Origin: a virus
Lineage: Duplodnaviria > Heunggongvirae > Uroviricota > Caudoviricetes
DNA length: 64,000 nucleotides
Virus record (IMG/VR): IMGVR_UViG_3300023371_000094
Reading direction: 5' to 3' (one strand)
The position numbers and the translations under genes are program-made. The notes below the pieces were generated by a model, which had not been told where the DNA came from, did no database searches, and saw only the letters and a list, made by a program, of their open reading frames with translations. Below, piece by piece: positions 38,951 through 47,016 of the stretch (its first letter is position 1; the number at the start of each line of letters is the position of its first letter).

Positions 38951-39681
38951 TTGCTTTCTCCTTTCGTGGTTTTCTTGGGCGCAGTAGCGGGTTTATTAGC
39001 CGCAAGAGTTTCAAACTCTTTCATTACTGCCGCGCATACTTCGAGAGTCTTGATTGAGGAGGGGTTCTGGTTACCATCGTTGTACTTACCAACGACGCCC
39101 ATAACCTCTTCCTTGGGGATGCCAGACTTAATAAGCTGACTACCCATAGCGACTACTTCCTTAACCGCGGAGTTAAGCTCTTCAGCGAGCTTCTTCTGCT
39201 CCTTTTCGTCGTCGTAGTTCTCGGCTTCTTTCTGCTTGCTTCTGTAGTTGTCAGGATCCGCTTCGGATGTAGCCAACTGAAGAGACTTCATAAGGAAGTA
39301 TCTGTTGCAGTAGGTTTCAGCAGCACCGAATGCCTGAGAAGCATCTTCCATCTGACCAACCAATACCCACGGAACCTCAACGGTTTCCTCGGGCTTGTCT
39401 GCGTTAACCCAAGTGTAGACGGTGTCAGCGTGAACGATGAACTCATTGATAGTCTTGTCCTTGGTTTTCTGGTATGTATAGGGCATAACCTGAAGTGTGC
39501 CCGGAACGATGGAATGGTACAGCATAACTCCGTACTTCTGCATACCTGCAGTTACCTTCGCCTGAATCTCTTCCTCGGGAACATACTTGTAGTTGTATCC
39601 CGATTTGGTCTTCTGGAGAATACCTGCGGCGTCAGCGATCTTCAGGAGTTTCTGGTGAATGTTCATTTCAGTTCTCTCCAT
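38947..39681 (-). CDS. erf: ERF-family single-strand annealing recombinase
   Basis: N-terminus MNIHQKLLKIADAAGILQKTKSGYNYKYV is typical of the ERF superfamily. Confidence 0.7.
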   Translation of the reverse strand: MERTEMNIHQKLLKIADAAGILQKTKSGYNYKYVPEEEIQAKVTAGMQKYGVMLYHSIVPGTLQVMPYTYQKTKDKTINEFIVHADTVYTWVNADKPEETVEVPWVLVGQMEDASQAFGAAETYCNRYFLMKSLQLATSEADPDNYRSKQKEAENYDDEKEQKKLAEELNSAVKEVVAMGSQLIKSGIPKEEVMGVVGKYNDGNQNPSSIKTLEVCAAVMKEFETLAANKPATAPKKTTKGESK

Positions 39682-40099
39682 CTGCGACCTCCTCTACGAT
39701 TTCAGTAGTCTTTTTCTTTTGTCTTACCGCGGACTTGAGCATTCTCTGGATGTCGCGGTGGCTGATACCGTGCGCCTTGCAAAGGCACATCAGAAGTCCC
39801 TTTTCCTCATCAAACGGCTCATTATGAGCTTTGGCAACGAACTTCTTTCCGTTCACCCACATAATTGTTGCGGGATCGTTGAACAGAACCTTGATGCCGC
39901 TGAATGTGGAAGGTGTGGGTTCTGCCTTGACAGGTTTCTTCGGTTTGTTCTCGTTCTGCTCAAGCTTCACAACCTTCATATCAGCAGGGATTCCGCCGAG
40001 TAGAGCTTTGAAAAACTCTTGCTCTGCCGGAGAAACGTTTGCAGTGAACTGGATTGATCCAGCTCCAAGGTCAGTGGGGTTCGAATTTCTGGTTGGCAT
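39668..40099 (-). CDS. Hypothetical protein
   Basis: ORF. Confidence 0.4.
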   Translation of the reverse strand: MPTRNSNPTDLGAGSIQFTANVSPAEQEFFKALLGGIPADMKVVKLEQNENKPKKPVKAEPTPSTFSGIKVLFNDPATIMWVNGKKFVAKAHNEPFDEEKGLLMCLCKAHGISHRDIQRMLKSAVRQKKKTTEIVEEVADGEN

Positions 40100-40467
40100 A
40101 GTTTAAATTCCTTTCGTGTATTTATTTCGGCAACTCCGTTGAGAATCATCGACTCCCAATCGTCATCGTCGTATTTGTGTTTTTGTTCTTCTAATTGATA
40201 GAAGAGTTGTCTTTCTGCTTGTTGATGTATCTTCCATTCTGGTACAGATACGTTGTGACAATTTGGCGGATCAATAAATTCACCATAGTATGTTGCGTTC
40301 GTTGGCATTTGAACAAAATCATCGACCAAGTCATCGAGCGTGGTAATCGACTCATAAGTGTGGTTGAGTATTCCTCGAACCATTGAACTTAGAGCATCTA
40401 CAGAAACTCCGAATGCCTCAGAGACTTGTTGTATCATATCAGCAAATGGTTCTATATCAATCGGCAT
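39976..40467 (-). CDS. Hypothetical protein
   Basis: ORF. Confidence 0.4.
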   Translation of the reverse strand: MPIDIEPFADMIQQVSEAFGVSVDALSSMVRGILNHTYESITTLDDLVDDFVQMPTNATYYGEFIDPPNCHNVSVPEWKIHQQAERQLFYQLEEQKHKYDDDDWESMILNGVAEINTRKEFKLCQPEIRTPLTLELDQSSSLQTFLRQSKSFSKLYSAESLLI

Positions 40468-40750
40468 TTTGTACTCCTTCGAGGATCATCTCTTCCCACG
40501 ATGCAGGATCTTCGACGACCTCTGGCTCTTCATCTGGTTCGAGAAAAGCCTTGACGTCCAATGCTCTGCATCTTAGGGTTAGCGAAGCGCTTGCTTCTCC
40601 CGTAAAGACAACCCTTCTATCGGCAGTATAAACTTCTTCGCTATCTCTCGATAGTTCGATTGAGCCAAGCTCTTTAAGTTCTATCTCGTAGCAAATTCCT
40701 TTGTCATCATAAAGAGCTAAAATTCCTTTAGTCGGTTGTCTTGGCGGCAT
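40457..40750 (-). CDS. Hypothetical protein
   Basis: ORF. Confidence 0.4.
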   Translation of the reverse strand: MPPRQPTKGILALYDDKGICYEIELKELGSIELSRDSEEVYTADRRVVFTGEASASLTLRCRALDVKAFLEPDEEPEVVEDPASWEEMILEGVQNAD

Positions 40751-40752
40751 CG

Positions 40753-41325
40753 TTACTTCCTCGTTTCTTCCAAAAGATTGGACGAGATGATGTCAGCAAC
40801 ACTGAGTAGTGTTACGAGCTTCGACATATCCTGAGCTTTGCTCAAGCCGAAATCTCCACCCTTAACTGCCGCATCGAATCCACTCATATGCCAGCGGATT
40901 GCAAGCAACTCGTCCATTGTGAGCTTGATGTACCACTGAAGGATGATACAGCTCTTTTCGCCGTGACCGAGAGGAACCTTTTCGTCCACTTCCCAAACGG
41001 CTTTGGCAACCCACATTCCGTCTTCCTTGACGTTGCGGGTACCTTGTTTGTAGTAGTTAATCTTGCAAACATCGTGGAATAGGGAAGCGATTGCGAGAGA
41101 CTCGCGAGAGATGCTTCCATCACCGTAAATCTCATAGAGTTTTACGAGCTGTTCGAAGACGTTGATTGAGTGCTCACACAGACCGCCAGCGTAATTGCCG
41201 TGGAATCGTGTGCTTGCCGGAGCATCGTAGAAGTCAGACTTCTCAAGCCACGCGAGCAACTCATCAAGTCCTTCGCGATGTATTTCCTGTTTGCAGATTG
41301 AAATGAATTTTTCTTTTAAATTCAT
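40753..41325 (-). CDS. HD-domain phosphohydrolase
   Basis: RFHGNYAGGLCEHS...ASLFHDVCK HD motif. Confidence 0.6.
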   Translation of the reverse strand: MNLKEKFISICKQEIHREGLDELLAWLEKSDFYDAPASTRFHGNYAGGLCEHSINVFEQLVKLYEIYGDGSISRESLAIASLFHDVCKINYYKQGTRNVKEDGMWVAKAVWEVDEKVPLGHGEKSCIILQWYIKLTMDELLAIRWHMSGFDAAVKGGDFGLSKAQDMSKLVTLLSVADIISSNLLEETRK

Positions 41326-41389
41326 ATTCCCTCCGTGTCTAAATATGGTTTGAAATTGTTAAAAATAAAGAGATTTTTCTGCATCAAAG

Positions 41390-41929
41390 TCATCTTTGAT
41401 TGAGATATTTTTCAAGCCATTCGTCGAATAATTTATCGGCGCAAGCTCTTATACGACGTTCCTCGGATTTCGAGATGCTCTTATCAAAAGCCTGTGCCCA
41501 TTTCTGAGCACGTTCCTGTGCAAAGAAATCTCTGATCTCCATCAGAATCTTGCCGAGCTTGTTGTTTCCTTCGCCGTCGCATACGCCCCATTCTTTGTCG
41601 CCCCAATCGTTTCCTTCGATTAGTTCAGCGGGAGCAGTAGCGAGGAGCCGTTCCATAAGGTCGTAGTTCTGGAAGAACTTTGCAAAGCAAATTCTTCTCA
41701 TTACATCTTCCTTGACAGCTTCCCAGTCGGGGCGAAGTTTAACTCTTCTGCCGAGTCGTTTAGCTCCCGATGGATTAAGGGAAGAGAACGAAGATGCAAC
41801 CTCGGGACACTTCATTGCTTGGAACGCAGCTTCATTGTTCTTGTATGTAATACCTCTGTAGGTTACATCAGCAGAATAGAAGTTGCTAAGGAAGAAGTAC
41901 TCTCCCTTAAATTCTGAAATAGGTTTCAT
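41390..41929 (-). CDS. NADAR (YbiA-like, DUF1768) family protein, a putative ADP-ribose N-glycosidase
   Basis: EYFFLSNFYSA...YKNNEAAFQAMK...RLGRRVKLRPDWEAVKEDVMRRICFAKF...EGNDWGDKEWGVC; probable start MKPISEF (41929) rather than 41974. Confidence 0.7.
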   Translation of the reverse strand: MKPISEFKGEYFFLSNFYSADVTYRGITYKNNEAAFQAMKCPEVASSFSSLNPSGAKRLGRRVKLRPDWEAVKEDVMRRICFAKFFQNYDLMERLLATAPAELIEGNDWGDKEWGVCDGEGNNKLGKILMEIRDFFAQERAQKWAQAFDKSISKSEERRIRACADKLFDEWLEKYLNQR

Positions 41930-42114
41930 CACCGTACCTCCTGTTTTCTTGACTTGCACAAAGACAAAATGCATTTGCGCTTCTTCTTGGGTTTAGGTGT
42001 CTTTAGGATTGGAAATTTCACAACGGCTGGAGCCGTCGGCGGAGAGTTTTCACACACAGGGCACACCAATCTTCCCTCGGGTATGATTTCTCCACAAGAA
42101 ATGCATCTGTTCAT
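41929..42114 (-). CDS. Small zinc-ribbon protein
   Basis: CISCGEIIPEGRLVCPVC. Confidence 0.3.
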   Translation of the reverse strand: MNRCISCGEIIPEGRLVCPVCENSPPTAPAVVKFPILKTPKPKKKRKCILSLCKSRKQEVR

Positions 42115-42389
42115 TACTTCAAGAGGTTCTCGAAGTTGGCAATGATCTTGCCGTTGTTAGCCTCAAGATTATCGTAGAACTTGTTTTCCTCTGCAAGCTC
42201 TTCCATCTTCTTGGTGTTGGCTGCTTTCTCGGATGCGATCTCGGAGGAAGCATCCTTGAGAGTGTTAATGATTGTGCGGATTGCGGTTACCGCGCCGGTG
42301 GATTTCGCCTCAAGCTTCTCCTTTGCTGTCTGGGGTGCGGCAACGGTCTTCTTGCTGAATAGGGATTTGAGTTTCGTAAGAATTGACAT
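42114..42389 (-). CDS. Hypothetical coiled-coil protein
   Basis: ORF. Confidence 0.4.
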   Translation of the reverse strand: MSILTKLKSLFSKKTVAAPQTAKEKLEAKSTGAVTAIRTIINTLKDASSEIASEKAANTKKMEELAEENKFYDNLEANNGKIIANFENLLK

Positions 42390-42420
42390 ATTCTTCTCCT
42401 TATGTATTGATGTTGTTTGA

Positions 42421-42681
42421 TTACTCGCTTACGAGTATGCAGTTGACGGAATTAACTAAGTACGTCGTGCCGTCTTTCGATGTGATTTGGATTTGCTCGC
42501 CGTCCTCATAGTCTGTCCACGTTTTGATTTCGATTTTTTCACAGGTTCCGTCGGGAAACTGAACGAGCGCATAATCGAAAGCATAAGTGGTATCGAAGAT
42601 TTGCTTGTTGCAAGACGCAAGCGTCAATACAACACTTAAAGTGAGAACGATTGCAAGAATTAGTCCAATAATTCTTTTCAC
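42421..42681 (-). CDS. Small lipoprotein (GTG start)
   Basis: Signal peptide with lipobox LILAIVLTLSVVLTLASC. Confidence 0.5.
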   Translation of the reverse strand: MKRIIGLILAIVLTLSVVLTLASCNKQIFDTTYAFDYALVQFPDGTCEKIEIKTWTDYEDGEQIQITSKDGTTYLVNSVNCILVSE

Positions 42682-42689
42682 GCTACTGG

Positions 42690-42800
42690 CTCCTTTCGTT
42701 TCTAAATATGGTTTATATACACATTAAAAAATAGTGTCTAAATATGGTTTATTATACCACATAATTTAGGAAAAGTCAATAGGTTTTGAAAAACTTTTCC
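42690..42800 (-). promoter_or_regulatory. Tandem sigma70-type promoters (TTGACT, 17-bp spacer, TATAAT; second -10 TATATA), each followed by the conserved AAACCATATTTAGA(A/C)AC element
   Basis: Minus strand reads aacctaTTGACTtttcctaaattatgtggTATAATaaaccatatttagacac...gtgTATATAaaccatatttagaaacgaaaGGAGccagtagcGTG. Confidence 0.5.
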
Positions 42801-42812
42801 TAAAAAATATGG

Positions 42813-43451
42813 TCAGCGGAACAGGTAAGGATACTGTGCTTTTAAGCGTTCCATTTCTTCTGTCTGTTTCGCTTGTTCTTGCCACTCAGACTCACGAACA
42901 CCCGTCTTGGTGAACGCAAACCCAAGCTCATCCATTCGCTTGCGAGTGATTTCACTCAATAAGTAGCGATAGGTTGCTTCAAGAGTCGAGGCTCTAACGC
43001 TATGCTTATTACCGTAGAACGTATATCCTTTGGTGATAATGTAAGAGTGGCGTATACGATCCATTGTTGTTGGACTATCTCCACCTTCAAGTGGTTTGTT
43101 CTTAAACCCACGCTCGGCAACGAACAATTCATCCTGTCGGCATTCTTCTGTTCGTTGTGCGATAAATTCCTCTCGTGTCGAACACCCTCGCCACTGAAAA
43201 CTGAAAGGGCAGTAAGCAACGCTGTATTCATCAAAGAGAAGTAGTAAGCGCGGATAGAGTTCTCCAACCGGAATGCTTTCCGAATTAAGCCGTGAAGACA
43301 CCTCGGCTTCAACCTTTTGGTATATTTCTTTTTCGAGGACTAAGTTCGTCCTCGTCTTGTCTTGGTATTCTTTTTTCTTAGCTTTCCTATCGCCTACTTG
43401 ACATCCCCACACAATCAAGAAGACGATAACAGCAATTAGTGCTAACGTCAT
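42813..43451 (-). CDS. Membrane-anchored hypothetical protein (N-terminal TM)
   Basis: MTLALIAVIVFLIVWGC TM segment. Confidence 0.45.
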   Translation of the reverse strand: MTLALIAVIVFLIVWGCQVGDRKAKKKEYQDKTRTNLVLEKEIYQKVEAEVSSRLNSESIPVGELYPRLLLLFDEYSVAYCPFSFQWRGCSTREEFIAQRTEECRQDELFVAERGFKNKPLEGGDSPTTMDRIRHSYIITKGYTFYGNKHSVRASTLEATYRYLLSEITRKRMDELGFAFTKTGVRESEWQEQAKQTEEMERLKAQYPYLFR

Positions 43452-43524
43452 ATTAAATTTTCCTTTTCTTAATTGGTGGATATATTATACCACAAATTGG
43501 GTTAGATGTCAAGGCAACCGCAGG

Positions 43525-43776
43525 TTAAGCAACGGGTGCTACGCTGAAAGAAGTAATCTGCTTTTTGCGGACAAAGGTGTAACTGCTTCCGCCGGAGCAG
43601 ATCTTGACTGTACGGTTTAACGGATTGTTCCAAAGACGCACGAAATCCTCGGGAGAGAGAACAGAAGGAACCTTCAGTACGGAGCCATTCGTGAGAATGA
43701 ACTCAATGGTACTTGCGGGCTTCAGGTTCTTTACAACCTCGGAGTCGATTGTCAATGTCATCTGGGATAGATTCAT
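43525..43776 (-). CDS. Hypothetical protein
   Basis: ORF preceded by the conserved motif and GGAGG. Confidence 0.45.
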   Translation of the reverse strand: MNLSQMTLTIDSEVVKNLKPASTIEFILTNGSVLKVPSVLSPEDFVRLWNNPLNRTVKICSGGSSYTFVRKKQITSFSVAPVA

Positions 43777-43833
43777 TGAATTCCTCCATTCTAAATATGG
43801 TTTATGTTTTGCTGAAAATATAAAGCCGAAGCT

Positions 43834-44742
43834 TTATATTTCATCTTTATGGTATAGCTCAACCCAACGGTCATACTCAAGCTTGTATCCTTGAGCAACG
43901 CGACGATTGCACTCCATATGTTTCATAATCTTGTGTACGAGCAATTCATCCGAATTATCGTTGTAGACTATCTCAAACAATGCGTTCTTTCTTAACTTGC
44001 GGAAGTTGAGCGCGTTGTTGCAAGTCGGGGGTATTGCGCCGTTGAAGCGCCGAATAATCTGTATAATGTGATCTTCGGTTATCGACTCACAAGTCGCAGT
44101 AGTAGCCCTAAAGAGGTAGGTGTCATCACCCTTAAAGATGATTTTTCTACCGCTGGGCAGACCTCTGTATTCATCAAGAGAACGTAATGTCGAGATAATG
44201 TTAAACACTCGCTCGGAGATGGCAACACGGGTACCGTCTGGCTTTGCAAGCCAAAACTCGGTATCGTTTCTCCCTACACAAAACCGGGGAAGGATAGTGA
44301 TTTCCTGAGTGGTAAGTCCATACCAACCAAGAGCCGCCACGGTTTTGATGTTTGCGAGGTCAACTCGTTTGTTATAATTGCTCAAGCGAACTTCACCGAC
44401 ATAATCGATGAAATCAAGTAAATTGTCCAAATCTTTGAAGTAACAGATAGTTGTCTGGGATGCAATTACATCTTCGCGAGGAGGAACTTCAGACTTCACC
44501 TTATAGTAATCAAAGAGGTTCATTAAGTAATCTTTAATTTTCAGATAGTGAGGCTTGCTTATTCCACTTGTTTCTTGCAGATAAAATGTTTTGCACAAGA
44601 ACCCTTTATCCGTCAAGGCTTCTTCGATTGGCTTGGAGTCCAAGATAGACTCTACGTATGAAAAGAATCTGGCTACATCGTCAACTCTTTGGTCGTTGGC
44701 GTTGGGATAATACGTTGTTAAAAATAATTTATAATCCATCAT
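43834..44742 (-). CDS. Hypothetical protein (possibly a degenerate recombinase-like partner of the downstream tyrosine recombinase)
   Basis: 302 aa; C-terminal HKIMKHMECNRRVAQGYKLEY loosely resembles an H-x-x-R...Y tail; consensus promoter upstream. Confidence 0.35.
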   Translation of the reverse strand: MMDYKLFLTTYYPNANDQRVDDVARFFSYVESILDSKPIEEALTDKGFLCKTFYLQETSGISKPHYLKIKDYLMNLFDYYKVKSEVPPREDVIASQTTICYFKDLDNLLDFIDYVGEVRLSNYNKRVDLANIKTVAALGWYGLTTQEITILPRFCVGRNDTEFWLAKPDGTRVAISERVFNIISTLRSLDEYRGLPSGRKIIFKGDDTYLFRATTATCESITEDHIIQIIRRFNGAIPPTCNNALNFRKLRKNALFEIVYNDNSDELLVHKIMKHMECNRRVAQGYKLEYDRWVELYHKDEI

Positions 44743-44762
44743 AACTTTATACCTCCTTGTTA

Positions 44763-44790
44763 TTATACAACATATTTAGACCTTTGTCAA
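44763..44790 (-). promoter_or_regulatory. Consensus sigma70-type promoter (TTGACA, 16/17-bp spacer, TATAAT), near-identical to the int promoter and sharing the GTCTAAATATG spacer element
   Basis: Minus strand reads cTTGACAaaggtctaaatatgttgTATAATaacaAGGAGGtataaagttatgATG. Confidence 0.55.
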
Positions 44791-44856
44791 GAGATTGTAT
44801 AATAAAAATTTATGTATAGAGTAGGAAATATGGGCGGAGGTATTTATTCCGATAGA

Positions 44857-45216
44857 TTACGAATTGGACTTAATGATCGCCAGCAAAAGTCTGGTCTTTT
44901 CCTCGCCCGTAAGATGAACGTTAAACTCAATCATTCCGTCCGTTATGTATGGGGTATATGTCCTTACGGCATCGTCGTCTTCATCAACGTAGACAACAGC
45001 ACTTACGAACACATTGTTATTGGTGAGGTGGATTACCAAAAGGGTTTCGATGATGGGGAAGAGAGACTCCTCAGATACTCCGCCGTCGCTCATATCGTAT
45101 GAGCCGGAGAAGAAACCGTCCTCCTCTTTTTTAATTGCGCCGAGAAGGTCGGTGTCAAATACTACGTTCATCGAGAGAACGCAGTTTCTGTCAAGTTTTG
45201 CACTCGTGAATTTCAT
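44857..45216 (-). CDS. Hypothetical acidic protein
   Basis: ORF contiguous with the recombinase gene. Confidence 0.4.
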   Translation of the reverse strand: MKFTSAKLDRNCVLSMNVVFDTDLLGAIKKEEDGFFSGSYDMSDGGVSEESLFPIIETLLVIHLTNNNVFVSAVVYVDEDDDAVRTYTPYITDGMIEFNVHLTGEEKTRLLLAIIKSNS

Positions 45217-45218
45217 TT

Positions 45219-46220
45219 TTAATCTCCTGTCGTTTCTTTTTCTGACATTTTACTCTCCAAAGCATCAAGCTTGAGGACAATGTCGTCTATGGTGTAATTG
45301 TTTCCTGCGATTAGGTCATGCACGTCTGTTCTTCCGAGAACGAAATCACTCACTGATACACGAGCCCTGTCGAACATCGCTTGATACGTGCCGAGATACC
45401 TCATTGTAACCCTCTGGTCGCTATGGTTAAGCAAACCTTGGATCTTGGTAATGGCGTTCATATCAATGCTGGATTTATCTACACAGGCAGCGATGTTAGC
45501 AAAACTCTTTCTCATCGTGTGTGAGCCAATTACGATCGGGAGTTTTAGTGCTTTGCCCGCATCGGACAAAATCTTCCACCCATATTCCTCATACATTTTC
45601 CCCTTCGTCTTGTTGCTCTTGAAGAGGTAATCGTCCAGATCGAATTTCCATTGGATGGAATCGAAGTATTTTGTAATAGCATCTATCACGGACTCCGTGA
45701 TTAAACAGTCATTTATTTTACTGGTTTTTTGTTCTATTACGTACATCCTTTCTCTGAAGGTTTTGTCCTCGTTGAGAAAGGCACTTATTTTCAAAGAGAG
45801 TAAGTCTGAAATTCTTAAACCGAGGCTAACACCTACAGTCCACATCATCCAGTCGCGAATTCTTTTACGTTCGAGGAAGTAATTTTGTATCGCAACGAAG
45901 TCTTCGTAAGACCGAATCGGCTCCGCCGCGTGAGCCTTTCGCTTGCCATCGCTCTTAAAATCAGTATATTCCTCGTGCTCGCCAGTTGCTTTCAGACGAC
46001 GTTTTTTCGGGATAACTGTTTTGAGCTGGTGTATTGTTTGCTCAAGCTCTTCAACTTTGCGCTCTGCATCGTAGCGCAATCTTCTCTCAGTGCTTAGGTC
46101 GTTTGCTAATTGCTCTTTTTCTCGTTCAAGCCGGGCAATAGTTTGAGCTTCTGTTTCGTACATTCGGTGAATTGCTTCGGCTAAATGCGGGGCAAGAGTA
46201 ACCTCAACGTCATTTTGCAT
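45219..46220 (-). CDS. Second tyrosine recombinase (XerC/D- or integrase-like)
   Basis: GLRISDLLSLK ... IGSHTMRKSFA ... LLNHSDQRVTMRYLG (R, H-x-x-R, H, Y). Confidence 0.8.
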   Translation of the reverse strand: MQNDVEVTLAPHLAEAIHRMYETEAQTIARLEREKEQLANDLSTERRLRYDAERKVEELEQTIHQLKTVIPKKRRLKATGEHEEYTDFKSDGKRKAHAAEPIRSYEDFVAIQNYFLERKRIRDWMMWTVGVSLGLRISDLLSLKISAFLNEDKTFRERMYVIEQKTSKINDCLITESVIDAITKYFDSIQWKFDLDDYLFKSNKTKGKMYEEYGWKILSDAGKALKLPIVIGSHTMRKSFANIAACVDKSSIDMNAITKIQGLLNHSDQRVTMRYLGTYQAMFDRARVSVSDFVLGRTDVHDLIAGNNYTIDDIVLKLDALESKMSEKETTGD

Positions 46221-46419
46221 TGGTTTTGTTTACCTCCTCTGTATAAATTTCTTCGAATACTCGAAGTTGATTAAATATGGCTGCCAGCATAGGGCAGTCA
46301 CTGCATCTGCTTGGCGTATGTATCTTACGGCACTCTTCAGTACCGTAATACCGACAAGTAACCATCTGATTACCCTCATCGTCGGTAATTATCTTAGTTA
46401 ATGGTTGATATGTAGCCAC
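46210..46419 (-). CDS. Hypothetical Cys-rich small protein (GTG start)
   Basis: CRYYGTEECRK...CSDCP. Confidence 0.35.
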   Translation of the reverse strand: MATYQPLTKIITDDEGNQMVTCRYYGTEECRKIHTPSRCSDCPMLAAIFNQLRVFEEIYTEEVNKTNAK

Positions 46420-46764
46420 TTATTGGACTCCTATTCCTATAGATATCATCAATTTTTGATTGATGTCTTCAATCTTTTGAATGTTGATGACCTCGCCTAC
46501 TTTTCTTCTAATGCGGGATTTATCAATCACTCTGATTTGCTCGCACAAAACAGTTGATTCCTTGATAATACCACAATCACTTGGTGTCAACGGAACGTGT
46601 GTGTCCATTGACGGCTTCTGTTTAGAAGTCAAAGGGCAGATGATTGTGGTGGGGGAACAAGCGTTCCCCCGTTCATTCTGCACGATTAAAGCGGGGCGTA
46701 TTCCTGATTGCTCGGAGCCAACGTGAGTGCTCAAGTCTACCAAATATATTTCGCCTCGATGCAT
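46420..46764 (-). CDS. MazF/PemK-family endoribonuclease toxin
   Basis: GEIYLVDLSTHVGSEQSGIRPALIVQNE...SPTTIICPLTS is the canonical PemK/MazF core. Confidence 0.75.
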   Translation of the reverse strand: MHRGEIYLVDLSTHVGSEQSGIRPALIVQNERGNACSPTTIICPLTSKQKPSMDTHVPLTPSDCGIIKESTVLCEQIRVIDKSRIRRKVGEVINIQKIEDINQKLMISIGIGVQ

Positions 46765-46781
46765 CCTTGATACCGCCTGTT

Positions 46782-47006
46782 TTAAATGTTTTCTAAACTA
46801 TCGACGACATCCTTGATGTCAGAGATCGCATCTTCTATTTTATCACTACACTCCTCTGACTCGCAATAAGTGTCGCCGTTTTGAAGAGGCTCAGGTATGT
46901 TGTCCCTTGCCTCATCCTCGTCTTCCTTGATTGATTCAAGATCGTCTTTGCAATCGTTCAATCTCTTAATAACGTCTTTGATTTTCTTTCTTCTCTTATC
47001 GTTCAC
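46782..47006 (-). CDS. Small highly acidic protein upstream of the mazF-like gene (candidate antitoxin)
   Basis: Position immediately 5' of the toxin gene; 74 aa; not a canonical MazE. Confidence 0.3.
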   Translation of the reverse strand: MNDKRRKKIKDVIKRLNDCKDDLESIKEDEDEARDNIPEPLQNGDTYCESEECSDKIEDAISDIKDVVDSLENI

Positions 47007-47016
47007 CGGTTTCTCC

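Noticed and set aside
44812-45102. Plus-strand 96-aa ORF
   Set aside because: It overlaps the minus-strand ORF 44857..45216, which is contiguous and operonic with the recombinase gene. The minus-strand ORF is preferred.
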